Below are positions 8,083-17,855 of a stretch of DNA of 64,000 nucleotides, piece by piece. The stretch comes from a virus. The notes beneath the pieces are model-generated. The model had not been told where the DNA came from and ran no database searches. It was given only the letters and a program-made list of their open reading frames with translations. The DNA lies in IMG/VR virus record IMGVR_UViG_3300009481_004294. One strand, given 5' to 3'. Every line of letters starts with the position of its first letter. The first letter of the stretch is position 1. The translations under genes and the position numbers were made by a program.

Positions 8083-10398
8083 ATGGCCTTTCAAGTTAGT
8101 CCAGGAGTAGCCGTAGCAGAAATCGACTTAACCACTAGAGTATCCATTCCTTCTATTTCAGATGGTGCTATAGCTGGTAATTTAACATGGGGTCCCTTGG
8201 AGGAGGCAACATTAGTTACTTCAGAAGATGAGCTGGTTTCAGTATTCGGTAAACCAAACGGAAATACATATAAAACATTTTTTAGTGCCGCAAGTTTTTT
8301 GAGTTATTCAAATAAACTAAGAATTGTTAGGGCGGCTAGTACATCAACTGCTAAAAATGCAGTATCTGGTGGTACTGCAATGTTGATTCGAAACGATAGT
8401 GAATATCAAAATACATACATGTCCACAACAACTGCAGGAACAAGTTTTACAGCAAAATATCCAGGAGTACTTGGAAATTCAATGAAAGTGTCTATATGTA
8501 TTGCAGACAGAGCAAATACAATAGTTAGTGAGAGTGATGGTACTGTTAAACTAGCAAGTAATACAGATATTGCACTTACTGGTACATTTGCAAATAGTGA
8601 TACTGGAGCAGGTATTACAGGAACAAGTACATTATTTGATACAGAATTAAGAGTTGGAGATGTTGTTGTAGAAGGTGGTTCAAACAGTAATGTAGGAATA
8701 GTAACTGCAATTACTTCTAATACTGTGGCAACAATTGCACAAGCTACTGGTGGTGCTGAAACTACAGGATTAATTGGTGGATCAGGTGTATCATTTGTAA
8801 GAAAAAAGAGATCAGCTTTTAAAGAACCAGCAACTAATATGCAAGGTTCTCTTAGTGCAACTGCAGGTTCTCAGGTAATTACAGGAACAGATACTAATTT
8901 TTCTCGACAAATTCATGTTGGAGATATTATTATATGCAATGATGATACTGGTGTTGAAGTACAACGAAGAGTGCAATCTGTTGGAAATACAACATCCATG
9001 ACTATGGTATCCGCTTATGATAGAGCAATAACTACACAGAGTACTTGGAAAAGACAATGGGAATATGCAGATTCTTTTGCACAACCACCTCTTACAAGTC
9101 CTTTTGCTTATAATAAAACTGGATCAGGAGATGTTGGAGATGAAATTCACGTTATAGTAGTAGATGAAGATGGCGATATTTTAGGAGCAAAAGATAAAAG
9201 AGGAGCAAAATCTACTTCAAATAGACAAGTTCTTGAAGCACATCCAAAAGTATCAGTAGCAAATGGTGCTACAGGATCTACTGGACAATCTGTGTATTAT
9301 AAAGAAGCAATAAACAATAGTTCTAAATGGGTTAGATGGACAGATCATGATGCAATGGGAGATGCTCCTACAGATGCAGGATCTAATAAAATTACTCTTG
9401 ATTGGGGTAATACTCTTACTCAAGGAAATCTTAGTGCTAGATTTGCTGGATCTTTTAGTGGAGCAGGCTCAAATGGAATTATGACAGCCAGTCTTTCAGG
9501 AGGAGTTGATGGATATAGTTCTTCAGCTTCAGATGAAATTAATGCTTATAGTTATTTCAAAGATCCTGCAAAAATAGATGTTTCTTTAATAATTTCGGGA
9601 GAAGCATCAAATACTTTATGCACATATTTGATTAATGAAATAGCAGAAACTAGAAAAGATTGTGTTGTATTTGTTTCTCCTGAAGAAGCAGATGTTGTAA
9701 ACAAAGAAGGAAGCGAAGTAACAAACGCAGTTGCTAGAAGGAATGCATTACCAAGCACAAGTTATGCTGTTATGGATGGAAGTTACAAATACTTGTTTGA
9801 CAGGTATAATTCTATTTATAGATGGGTTCCAATGAATGGCGATATTGCTGGAATTTGTGCCCAAGCAGATAATGTTAATCCTTATGTTTCTCCTGCGGGA
9901 TTTACAAGAGGAAATATAAAAGGTGCAGAATTTATAGCATATATTCCGAATAATGCTGAAAGAGATGATTTGTATATAAATGGTATTAATCCAATAGCAT
10001 CATTTCCTGGAAAAGGAAAAATCCTATTTGGTGATAAAACATTATTAGCAAGACCATCATCTTTTGATAGAATTAATGTACGTAGACTTTTTATTATTCT
10101 AGAAAAAGCTATAGCAAATGCGGCTGAAAATTTGTTATTTGAATTTAACGATGAATTTACACGATTAAATTTTATTTCTATAATAGAGCCTTTTTTAAGA
10201 GATGTTCAATCATCAAGAGGTATAGAAGCGTTTCAAGTAGTATGTGATGGAACAAATAATACGCCTGCTGTTATAAATAGAAATGAGTTTAGAGGAGATA
10301 TTTTCATTAAACCCACTAAATCTATTAACTTTATAGGATTAAACTTTGTTGCCGTGGCTTCTGGAGTAGAATTCTCTGAAGTGGTTAACGCAGTTTAA
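8083..10398 (+). CDS. gp18: Tail sheath protein gp18 (with insertion domains)
   Basis: MAFQVSPGV...EIDLT, WGP, D..RINVRRLF..LEKAI, FEFND..TR, IFIKP.KSINFI.LNFVA. Confidence 0.97.
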   Translation: MAFQVSPGVAVAEIDLTTRVSIPSISDGAIAGNLTWGPLEEATLVTSEDELVSVFGKPNGNTYKTFFSAASFLSYSNKLRIVRAASTSTAKNAVSGGTAMLIRNDSEYQNTYMSTTTAGTSFTAKYPGVLGNSMKVSICIADRANTIVSESDGTVKLASNTDIALTGTFANSDTGAGITGTSTLFDTELRVGDVVVEGGSNSNVGIVTAITSNTVATIAQATGGAETTGLIGGSGVSFVRKKRSAFKEPATNMQGSLSATAGSQVITGTDTNFSRQIHVGDIIICNDDTGVEVQRRVQSVGNTTSMTMVSAYDRAITTQSTWKRQWEYADSFAQPPLTSPFAYNKTGSGDVGDEIHVIVVDEDGDILGAKDKRGAKSTSNRQVLEAHPKVSVANGATGSTGQSVYYKEAINNSSKWVRWTDHDAMGDAPTDAGSNKITLDWGNTLTQGNLSARFAGSFSGAGSNGIMTASLSGGVDGYSSSASDEINAYSYFKDPAKIDVSLIISGEASNTLCTYLINEIAETRKDCVVFVSPEEADVVNKEGSEVTNAVARRNALPSTSYAVMDGSYKYLFDRYNSIYRWVPMNGDIAGICAQADNVNPYVSPAGFTRGNIKGAEFIAYIPNNAERDDLYINGINPIASFPGKGKILFGDKTLLARPSSFDRINVRRLFIILEKAIANAAENLLFEFNDEFTRLNFISIIEPFLRDVQSSRGIEAFQVVCDGTNNTPAVINRNEFRGDIFIKPTKSINFIGLNFVAVASGVEFSEVVNAV

Positions 10399-10409
10399 GG
10401 AGAAAAGAA

Positions 10410-10991
10410 ATGGCTTTCAATATAGCAAATTTTAGACATGCAATGTATTATGATGGGCAAAGGCCCAATTTATTTCAAGTCACGATTGCTTCACAAGCTA
10501 ATATCTTTGATGGAGGTGAATTAAATATGTTTGCTAAAGCGACTTCAATACCCGGTGCTACAATTGGAACAGTTATAGTGCCTTATTTTGGTAGAGAAGT
10601 TAAAATGGCAGGAAATAGAACTTTTCCAGAATGGACTGTGACTGTTATTAATGATGAAAATTTTGCGGCAAGATCACAATTTGAATTTTGGATGAATCAA
10701 ATAAACAATCATTCAGACAATATTAGAGGCGCAGGACAATCATCCTCATCTTATGTCAGTACTGCAGAAGTTAAACAGTTTTCTAAAAACGGTTCTGCCA
10801 CTGCAAGATATAGGTTTGTAAGCCTATTTCCAACTGATCTTTCAGAAATTACTCTGGATTGGGGTGATAATGATACTGTTGAAGAATATACTGTAACTTT
10901 TTCATATGATTATTGGACTCGTCATGCAGGTGGTATGAGTGCTGGTACGGGAACAGTAGCGCCAGATATTGAAACAAACACAGGTGGCTAA
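10410..10991 (+). CDS. gp19: Tail tube protein gp19
   Basis: RPNLFQV, IVPYFGREVKMAGNRTFPEWTVT.INDE.F, FPT.LSEI.LDW...D.VEE.TVTF.YDYW. Confidence 0.96.
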   Translation: MAFNIANFRHAMYYDGQRPNLFQVTIASQANIFDGGELNMFAKATSIPGATIGTVIVPYFGREVKMAGNRTFPEWTVTVINDENFAARSQFEFWMNQINNHSDNIRGAGQSSSSYVSTAEVKQFSKNGSATARYRFVSLFPTDLSEITLDWGDNDTVEEYTVTFSYDYWTRHAGGMSAGTGTVAPDIETNTGG

Positions 10992-11027
10992 TACCTCAAA
11001 AAACATAATTTTCTGATTTTGCGAGTG

Positions 11028-11035
11028 AATAAATA
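11028..11035 (+). promoter_or_regulatory. Probable late promoter variant (AATAAATA, overlapping TATAAATT) for gp20
   Basis: ATAAATA core in the gp19-gp20 intergenic region. Confidence 0.5.
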
Positions 11036-11086
11036 TAAATTAGTACAGTACTATTATAATTATTTAACTCGCATTCAGGAAATTAC

Positions 11087-12769
11087 ATGCCTATTGAACT
11101 ATTCGGTTTTTCAATCGGAAAAAAAGAACAAAAGAACGTAAAGGTTCAAACTTTTGCGGAAGCAGAATATGAAGATGGAGCATTGTCCGTAGCATCAGGT
11201 GGTGTTTATGGAACATATGTTGATACAGAAGGTGCTATAAAAAGCGAGTCTGAATTGATAAACAGATATCGTGATATGGGTCTTCAAGCAGAAGTAGAGA
11301 ACGCTATTGATGACATTGTTAATGAAGCAATTGTATCATCAAAAGACAAACCCGTTGTAAGAATTAACGTAGATAATTTAAATGTTTCTGAACCCATTAG
11401 AGACAAACTAAGACTAGAATTCAAATCAATAAGTAAACTTTTAGATTTACAAAATTTAGGATCTGATGTTTTTAAGAGATGGTATATTGATGGTAGAGTT
11501 TATTATCATGTTATTGTTGATGAGAATAACTTAGAAAAGGGTATTCATGAATTAAGAATCTTAGATCCCAGAAAAATAAAGAAAATACGAGAAAAGAAAA
11601 AAGAAAAACAACCCGATGGTAAAACAAAAACCACGGTTTTAGAATATTATGTTTATAATCAAAAGGGAATTTATCAATCACAAGGACAAGTAATCGGAAC
11701 TGCTTTTACAAGTGCCGCCAGTGGTTTAAAGATATCTCCCGATTCGATTGTATATACACATTCAGGACTAATGAATGCTACACGTTCATTAGTTTTATCC
11801 TACCTACACAAAGCAATCAAACCATTAAATCAATTAAGAATGATAGAAGATTCTCTGGTAATTTATCGTATTTCACGGGCTCCAGAAAGAAGAATTTTTT
11901 ATGTTGATGTTGGTAATTTACCAAAATTAAAAGCAGAACAATACATGCGTGATTTAATGACACGATACAAAAATAAACTTGTATATGATGCAAACACCGG
12001 TGAAGTTAGAGATGATAGAAAACATATGTCAATGCTTGAAGATTATTGGATGCCAAGAAGAGAAGGTGGAAGAGGAACAGAAATTTCTACCCTACCTGGT
12101 GGTTCAAATCTTGGAGATATTGAAGATGTATTATATTTTCAGAAAAAACTTTACAAATCACTAGGTGTTCCTATTTCAAGACTTGAATCAGAAGCAAATT
12201 ATACAATTGGCCGTGCTACAGAAATTTCAAGGGATGAAGTTAAATTTACACGGTTTGTTAATAAACTCCAAAGTAGATTTAGTTTAATGTTTGATGAGAT
12301 TATGGAAAGACAATTAACACTCAAAGGCATAATGTCTAGAGAAGATTGGAAAAATGTTAAGAATGAAATATTTTATGAATTTGAAAACGATAGTCATTTT
12401 GCAGAAATAAAGCATAATGAACTTCTTCAAGATAGATTAAACATTTTAAGAGATTTACAAGATTATGCTGGAAAATATTGGTCACATGAGTATATAAGAA
12501 AGCATATTTTGATGATGACTGATGATGAAGTTAAATCTAATGATGAGCAAATGCAAAAAGAATTAGATGATCCCAGATTTTCGGGAGAAGAAGAAATGCA
12601 ATTTAATTCCGTAGAAGTAAATACGGACAATAAACAATATATCAATGAAGATATTGATAAAAAAATTGAGGAGAAATTTGAAGTTGCGAAGAAAGAAAAT
12701 GAGATTAAAGATAAAGTAAATGATATTCTTTTTTCTGTTTTAGAAGATGATGAAAAATTTGTAAGTTAA
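11087..12769 (+). CDS. gp20: Portal protein gp20
   Basis: LHKAIKPLNQLRMIEDSLVIYRISRAPERRIFY.DVGNLPK.KAEQY, EDYW.PRREGGRGTEI.TLPGG. Confidence 0.98.
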   Translation: MPIELFGFSIGKKEQKNVKVQTFAEAEYEDGALSVASGGVYGTYVDTEGAIKSESELINRYRDMGLQAEVENAIDDIVNEAIVSSKDKPVVRINVDNLNVSEPIRDKLRLEFKSISKLLDLQNLGSDVFKRWYIDGRVYYHVIVDENNLEKGIHELRILDPRKIKKIREKKKEKQPDGKTKTTVLEYYVYNQKGIYQSQGQVIGTAFTSAASGLKISPDSIVYTHSGLMNATRSLVLSYLHKAIKPLNQLRMIEDSLVIYRISRAPERRIFYVDVGNLPKLKAEQYMRDLMTRYKNKLVYDANTGEVRDDRKHMSMLEDYWMPRREGGRGTEISTLPGGSNLGDIEDVLYFQKKLYKSLGVPISRLESEANYTIGRATEISRDEVKFTRFVNKLQSRFSLMFDEIMERQLTLKGIMSREDWKNVKNEIFYEFENDSHFAEIKHNELLQDRLNILRDLQDYAGKYWSHEYIRKHILMMTDDEVKSNDEQMQKELDDPRFSGEEEMQFNSVEVNTDNKQYINEDIDKKIEEKFEVAKKENEIKDKVNDILFSVLEDDEKFVS

Positions 12770-12815
12770 AAATTTATAAATTGATTCTGGTGAAGATTTA
12801 GGTGCAGAGACATAA

Positions 12816-15800
12816 ATGAAAGACGATCAAAAAGAACCACAAGACTTAGATTTAAGTAAAGTTTTAGCTACTGCTCTTGCTTATACTAAAAAAACACTTA
12901 AAAAGACTAAAGAAGAACTTGTTGTAGGCATAAAAGAAATTTTAGATCCTGTAACTGGTGAAAAAGTCAGAGTTCTTGAAATCAAAGGTACAGAAGGTTC
13001 CAAGGGCGAAAAAGGTGAAAAGGGAGAGCAAGGAGAGATTGGTCCCGTTGGTGAACGAGGGGAAGACGGGAGAATTGGGCCTCAAGGTGTTCAAGGACCT
13101 CAGGGAGAGCAGGGAGAAACTGGACCCGAGGGACCCGAGGGAGAAAAGGGCGATCCTGGTGATGATGCTGAAGTAACTAGACTTGAAATTGAAATAGAAG
13201 GCATCAAAAAAGTTGTTAAAGAAGTTAGTTCAAAAGCAACCCAAACTGCACAAAAAGTAGCAGGAGGAAGCGGTTGGGGTGAAGGCGGCGGTGGAGGAGG
13301 AGCTTCTGGAATACACGGAACACATGGAACTTCTGGATCTGCGGGTTCATCTGGCGAAACTCATGGTACTTCTGGATCTTCTGGAGTTGATGGAACGTTT
13401 TTAGGCACTCATGGTACTTCTGGCTCTGCAGGAAGTTCTGGAGGAACAGGAAGTCATGGTACTTCTGGCTCTGCAGGATCATCTGGATCTGCTGGTTCGT
13501 CTGGCTCATCTGGGTCTACAGGAACTTCTGGATCATCTGGTTTAACATATGCTTCATCTGGATCTTCTGGAACTGCAGGAACATCTGGTCGTGATGGCGG
13601 TTCTTATATTCATATTCAATCTTCAGCCCAACCTGTTTGGTTAATAAATCATAATTTAAATACTAGACCAATAAACATATTAGTAGTAGATAGTGATTAC
13701 AATGTAATTTATCCTGAATCTGTTCAATTTATTGATTCCAATACTGTAAAAATAATCTGGCCTTCCTCTCAAGCAGGATTTGCTTCAATCACTTTTGGTG
13801 AAGCCTCTTCTGGTACTTCAGGAACATCTGGATTAACATATGCTTCTTCTGGTTCTGCTGGCTCTGCAGGAAGTGCTGGATCTACTGGTTCTGCAGGAAG
13901 TTCGGGAAGTGCTGGAAGTGCAGGAAGTTCGGGATCGTCTGGTCGTGATGCTTCTTCTGGATCATCTGGTTCTTCTGGAACATCTGGAACATCTGGAGTA
14001 GATGGTGAACAAGGAGATACGGGAGAAGGAGGAACTTCTGGTTCGTCAGGAACTACTGGAACGCATGGAAGTTCTGGTTCTTCGGGAACAGATGGGACAT
14101 CAGGAACATCTGGATCAGATGGAACTGAAGGAGATACAGGACCTCAAGGAACTGGAGGAACATCTGGCTCTGCAGGAAGTTCGGGAAGTGCTGGATCGTC
14201 TGGTTCATCTGGAGAAGATGGAACTTCGGGATCGTCTGGTTCATCTGGAGAAGATGGAACTTCTGGATCTTCTGGATCGTCTGGTTCTGCAGGAAGTTCT
14301 GGAACTTCTGGAACTGCTGGTACAAGTGGAACTTCTGGAACTGCTGGATCATCTGGTATAGATGGTGGTTTTGGAGGAGCTTCATTTTCATATCGTTACA
14401 ATACTACACAAGGTACGGATGATCCAGGAACAGGGAAAATAGCATTTACTCTAACTTCTGGTACTTTTACAACTCCTGATCAAGCTAATAGATTAAGAAT
14501 AAGTGATACTGATCAAGACGGAACAATAATTGATAGTTTTTTACAAACAATTAATGATGTTGCTTTTAGTGATCCTAAAGGACATTTACGAATTTATGAT
14601 AAAGATGATCCAGATGAATTTATGTTATATGGTATCAATGAATTTGATACTGTAAATCCTTCATGGTATTATGTAAAAGTTACATATTTAGATTCCTCAT
14701 TAACTGATTTTCAAAACGCAACTGAACTTGTTGCAACATTTGCAAGAACTGGTGATTCTGGAACTTCTGGATCTGCTGGTTCATCTGGATCTGCGGGTAG
14801 TGCTGGATCCGCTGGTTCTGCTGGAAGTGCTGGCTCTGCAGGGAGTGCGGGTTCTGCAGGAACTGCTGGTTCTGCTGGTTCATCTGGATCCGCTGGATCT
14901 TCTGGATTGACATATGCTTCTTCTGGATCTGCTGGATCGTCTGGATTGACATTTGCTTCATCTGGATCATCTGGAGGAACAGGAAGTCATGGAACTTCTG
15001 GAACTACTGGAACTTCTGGCTCTGCTGGAAGTACTGGTTCTGCAGGTTCTGCAGGTAGTGCTGGATCTTCTGGACAAGATGGTGGTTCTTATATTCATAA
15101 TCAAGAGTCAGCGGCATCCGTTTGGTTAATAAATCATCATCTAGGTGTTAGACCTTTAAATACTACAGTTGTAAATACTGATTATGATGTAATTTATCCA
15201 GAATCGATTAGATTTACAGATTCACGTACTGTTAAATTAGTTTTTACATCTGCAGTAGCGGGTTGGTGTGCATTAACTTTTGGAGAAGGCTCTTCTGGAA
15301 CTTCTGGTTCTTCTGGAACTTCTGGATCGTCTGGTTCTGCAGGATCTGCTGGTTCTGCTGGTTCTGCAGGATCGTCTGGATCGTCTGGTTCTGCAGGAAG
15401 TGCAGGTAGTGCTGGATCATCTGGATGGACTTATGCTTCTTCTGGATCGTCTGGTTCTGCAGGAAGTGCTGGCTCTGCTGGAAGTGCTGGATCTGCTGGT
15501 TCTGCTGGAAGTGCAGGAAGTTCGGGAAGTGCTGGATCGTCTGGCTCTGCAGGAAGTTCGGGAAGTGCTGGATCTGCTGGTTCCGCTGGTTCTGCAGGGA
15601 GTGCTGGTTCATCTGGATCTGCAGGAAGCTCTGGATCTTCTGGTACTTCTGGATCTTCTGGTTCATCTGGCTCTGCAGGAAGTGCTGGCTCTGCTGGAAG
15701 TGCTGGCTCTGCAGGATCATCTGGATCTGCTGGTTCATCTGGCTCTGCAGGATCATCTGGATCTGCTGGTTCATCTGGCTCTGCAGGAAGTGCTGGAAGT

Positions 15801-17855
15801 GCTGGCTCTACAGGAAGTTCGGGAAGTGCTGGATCATCTGGTCGTGATGGTGTTTTTGGAGGAGCGGCTTTTGAATATGATTTTTCAAATACAGCATTTG
15901 TAGGAGCTACAAGTGATCCTGGTGCGGGTAAACTTAACGTAGGATTCGATAATGGATCTATTACTTTAGAGGATGATACTGGAAGTTTTATTTTAGAAAC
16001 AGAGTCGGATCTTTTATTAGAGGGAGGTTCTACACCTACTGATTTTTCTACAGTTAACAGAATTTCTATAAGCGAAACTGATGTAAATGGAACATCAACT
16101 GAAAGTTTTTTAAGTCAAGTTCAAACAGCAACATCTGCAATTAAAGGTCATGTAAGAATTCATCGAAAAACATATTCTGACCAATATGCAATGTTTACCA
16201 TTCATTATGTTACTAATAATACAGATTTTCAAGAAATAGAAGTTACAAAAGTTGGTGGTGAAAATGCATTTTTTGCTAATGATGAAGACATAGTTGTTAC
16301 ATTTGCAAGAACTGGTGATGCTGGAACATCTGGAACATCTGGATCATCTGGATTAACTTATGCTTCTTCTGGAAGTGCTGGCTCTGCAGGAAGTGCAGGA
16401 AGTTCTGGAACTGCAGGATCGTCTGGTCGTGATGGGGGTTCTTTTACTCATGAACAATCTTCAGCGGCATCTGTTTGGTTAATAAATCATACTTTAACAA
16501 AAAGAGTTATAAATGTTCAAGTTTGTGATGATGATTATAATGTAATTTATCCAGAATCTATTCAATTTACGGATTCAAATAATATAAAAATAGTATTTCC
16601 TACTGCAATAGCAGGATGGGCTACAGTAACGTTTGGAGAATCAACTTCTGGTACTTCTGGAACTGCAGGATCATCTGGAATAACTTATGCTTCTTCTGGA
16701 TCGTCTGGTTCTGCAGGAAGTGCTGGCTCTGCTGGAAGTGCTGGATCTGCTGGTTCTGCTGGAAGTGCAGGAAGTTCGGGAAGTGCTGGCTCTGCAGGAA
16801 GTGCTGGTTCATCTGGCTCTGCAGGAAGTGCTGGAAGTGCTGGAAGTGCAGGAAGTGCTGGCTCTTCTGGTTCTGCAGGAAGTGCTGGATCCGCAGGAAC
16901 TTCTGGAACTGCAGGAACTTCTGGACTAGATGGTAATTTTGGAGGAGCATCTTTTGAATATGATTTTGAAAATACAACATTTACAGGTGCATCAAGCGAT
17001 CCAGGTTCTGGTAAACTTGAAGTAGGTATTGATACTGGATCTGCACCAACTGATTTCTCTACAGTTAACAGAATTTCTATAAGCGAATTAGATGTAAATG
17101 GTACATCAACTGAGAGTTTTCTAGATCAAGTTGATGGTGCAACATCTGCAATTAAAGGTCATGTAAGAATTCATAAAAGATTTAATAGTGATCAATATGT
17201 AATATTTACAATTTCAGATGTTACTAATAATACAGATTTTCAAGAAATAGAAGTTTCAAAGATCGGAGGACAAACTGCATTATTTTCCGATGATGAAGAT
17301 ATAGTTGTTACATTTGCAAGAACTGGTGATGCTGGAACATCTGGAACTGCTGGAACTTCAGGAACTGCAGGAACTTCTGCTTCTGCTGGTTCTGCAGGAA
17401 GTGCTGGATCATCTGGCTCTGCAGGAACTTCTGGAACTACTGGTTCTTCAGGAAGTGCAGGAAGTTCGGGAAGTGCTGGATCGTCTGGCTCTGCAGGAAC
17501 TGCAGGATCCTCTGGATTTTTAAATCTAAATAATTCTGCAGAAGATCGTTTAATTTCTATTAATGCTGATACTGAATCTGGTGATGGAGAAACAAATTTA
17601 ACATTTGATGGAAATGAATTAAATGTAACTGGTAAAACTTTTTTGGTGGGTACAAGTGGAACAACTGGTTATATTCAAATGTCTCAAAGAGATGATGTTT
17701 CAGGAAATAAACCTACTTTGACTGCAGGTCAATCTGCAGTTTTTTCAAGTTCTTCGGGAGCAGGAGGAACAGGAATATATTTTAAACAAGGAACTGATGA
17801 TCCCGATGAATTGGTTTCACGCAAAAAAGCAATAACTTATGGATTAATATTCTAA
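12816..17855 (+). CDS. Giant collagen-like fibre protein 1 (1679 aa): N-terminal collagen and coiled coil, Gly-Ser-Ala/Thr triplet tracts, alternating globular modules A-B-A-B-A-B
   Basis: 20 classical G-X-Y triplets, long (GSA/GSS/GTS)n tracts, three ~70-aa (Y/F)xHxQ...W.I.H modules and three ~140-aa FGGA.F.Y...FARTGD modules. Confidence 0.8.
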   Translation: MKDDQKEPQDLDLSKVLATALAYTKKTLKKTKEELVVGIKEILDPVTGEKVRVLEIKGTEGSKGEKGEKGEQGEIGPVGERGEDGRIGPQGVQGPQGEQGETGPEGPEGEKGDPGDDAEVTRLEIEIEGIKKVVKEVSSKATQTAQKVAGGSGWGEGGGGGGASGIHGTHGTSGSAGSSGETHGTSGSSGVDGTFLGTHGTSGSAGSSGGTGSHGTSGSAGSSGSAGSSGSSGSTGTSGSSGLTYASSGSSGTAGTSGRDGGSYIHIQSSAQPVWLINHNLNTRPINILVVDSDYNVIYPESVQFIDSNTVKIIWPSSQAGFASITFGEASSGTSGTSGLTYASSGSAGSAGSAGSTGSAGSSGSAGSAGSSGSSGRDASSGSSGSSGTSGTSGVDGEQGDTGEGGTSGSSGTTGTHGSSGSSGTDGTSGTSGSDGTEGDTGPQGTGGTSGSAGSSGSAGSSGSSGEDGTSGSSGSSGEDGTSGSSGSSGSAGSSGTSGTAGTSGTSGTAGSSGIDGGFGGASFSYRYNTTQGTDDPGTGKIAFTLTSGTFTTPDQANRLRISDTDQDGTIIDSFLQTINDVAFSDPKGHLRIYDKDDPDEFMLYGINEFDTVNPSWYYVKVTYLDSSLTDFQNATELVATFARTGDSGTSGSAGSSGSAGSAGSAGSAGSAGSAGSAGSAGTAGSAGSSGSAGSSGLTYASSGSAGSSGLTFASSGSSGGTGSHGTSGTTGTSGSAGSTGSAGSAGSAGSSGQDGGSYIHNQESAASVWLINHHLGVRPLNTTVVNTDYDVIYPESIRFTDSRTVKLVFTSAVAGWCALTFGEGSSGTSGSSGTSGSSGSAGSAGSAGSAGSSGSSGSAGSAGSAGSSGWTYASSGSSGSAGSAGSAGSAGSAGSAGSAGSSGSAGSSGSAGSSGSAGSAGSAGSAGSAGSSGSAGSSGSSGTSGSSGSSGSAGSAGSAGSAGSAGSSGSAGSSGSAGSSGSAGSSGSAGSAGSAGSTGSSGSAGSSGRDGVFGGAAFEYDFSNTAFVGATSDPGAGKLNVGFDNGSITLEDDTGSFILETESDLLLEGGSTPTDFSTVNRISISETDVNGTSTESFLSQVQTATSAIKGHVRIHRKTYSDQYAMFTIHYVTNNTDFQEIEVTKVGGENAFFANDEDIVVTFARTGDAGTSGTSGSSGLTYASSGSAGSAGSAGSSGTAGSSGRDGGSFTHEQSSAASVWLINHTLTKRVINVQVCDDDYNVIYPESIQFTDSNNIKIVFPTAIAGWATVTFGESTSGTSGTAGSSGITYASSGSSGSAGSAGSAGSAGSAGSAGSAGSSGSAGSAGSAGSSGSAGSAGSAGSAGSAGSSGSAGSAGSAGTSGTAGTSGLDGNFGGASFEYDFENTTFTGASSDPGSGKLEVGIDTGSAPTDFSTVNRISISELDVNGTSTESFLDQVDGATSAIKGHVRIHKRFNSDQYVIFTISDVTNNTDFQEIEVSKIGGQTALFSDDEDIVVTFARTGDAGTSGTAGTSGTAGTSASAGSAGSAGSSGSAGTSGTTGSSGSAGSSGSAGSSGSAGTAGSSGFLNLNNSAEDRLISINADTESGDGETNLTFDGNELNVTGKTFLVGTSGTTGYIQMSQRDDVSGNKPTLTAGQSAVFSSSSGAGGTGIYFKQGTDDPDELVSRKKAITYGLIF
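12987..13166 (+). repeat. Classical collagen G-X-Y tract (20 triplets, GEK/GPQ/GPE)
   Basis: Runs GTE GSK GEK ... GDP GDD; counted from the translation. Confidence 0.9.

Noticed and set aside
5932-10398. Intron/intein in gp17, or novelty of the longer gp18
   Set aside because: gp17 is uninterrupted and of normal length; gp18 insertion domains are commonplace in T4-like sheaths.
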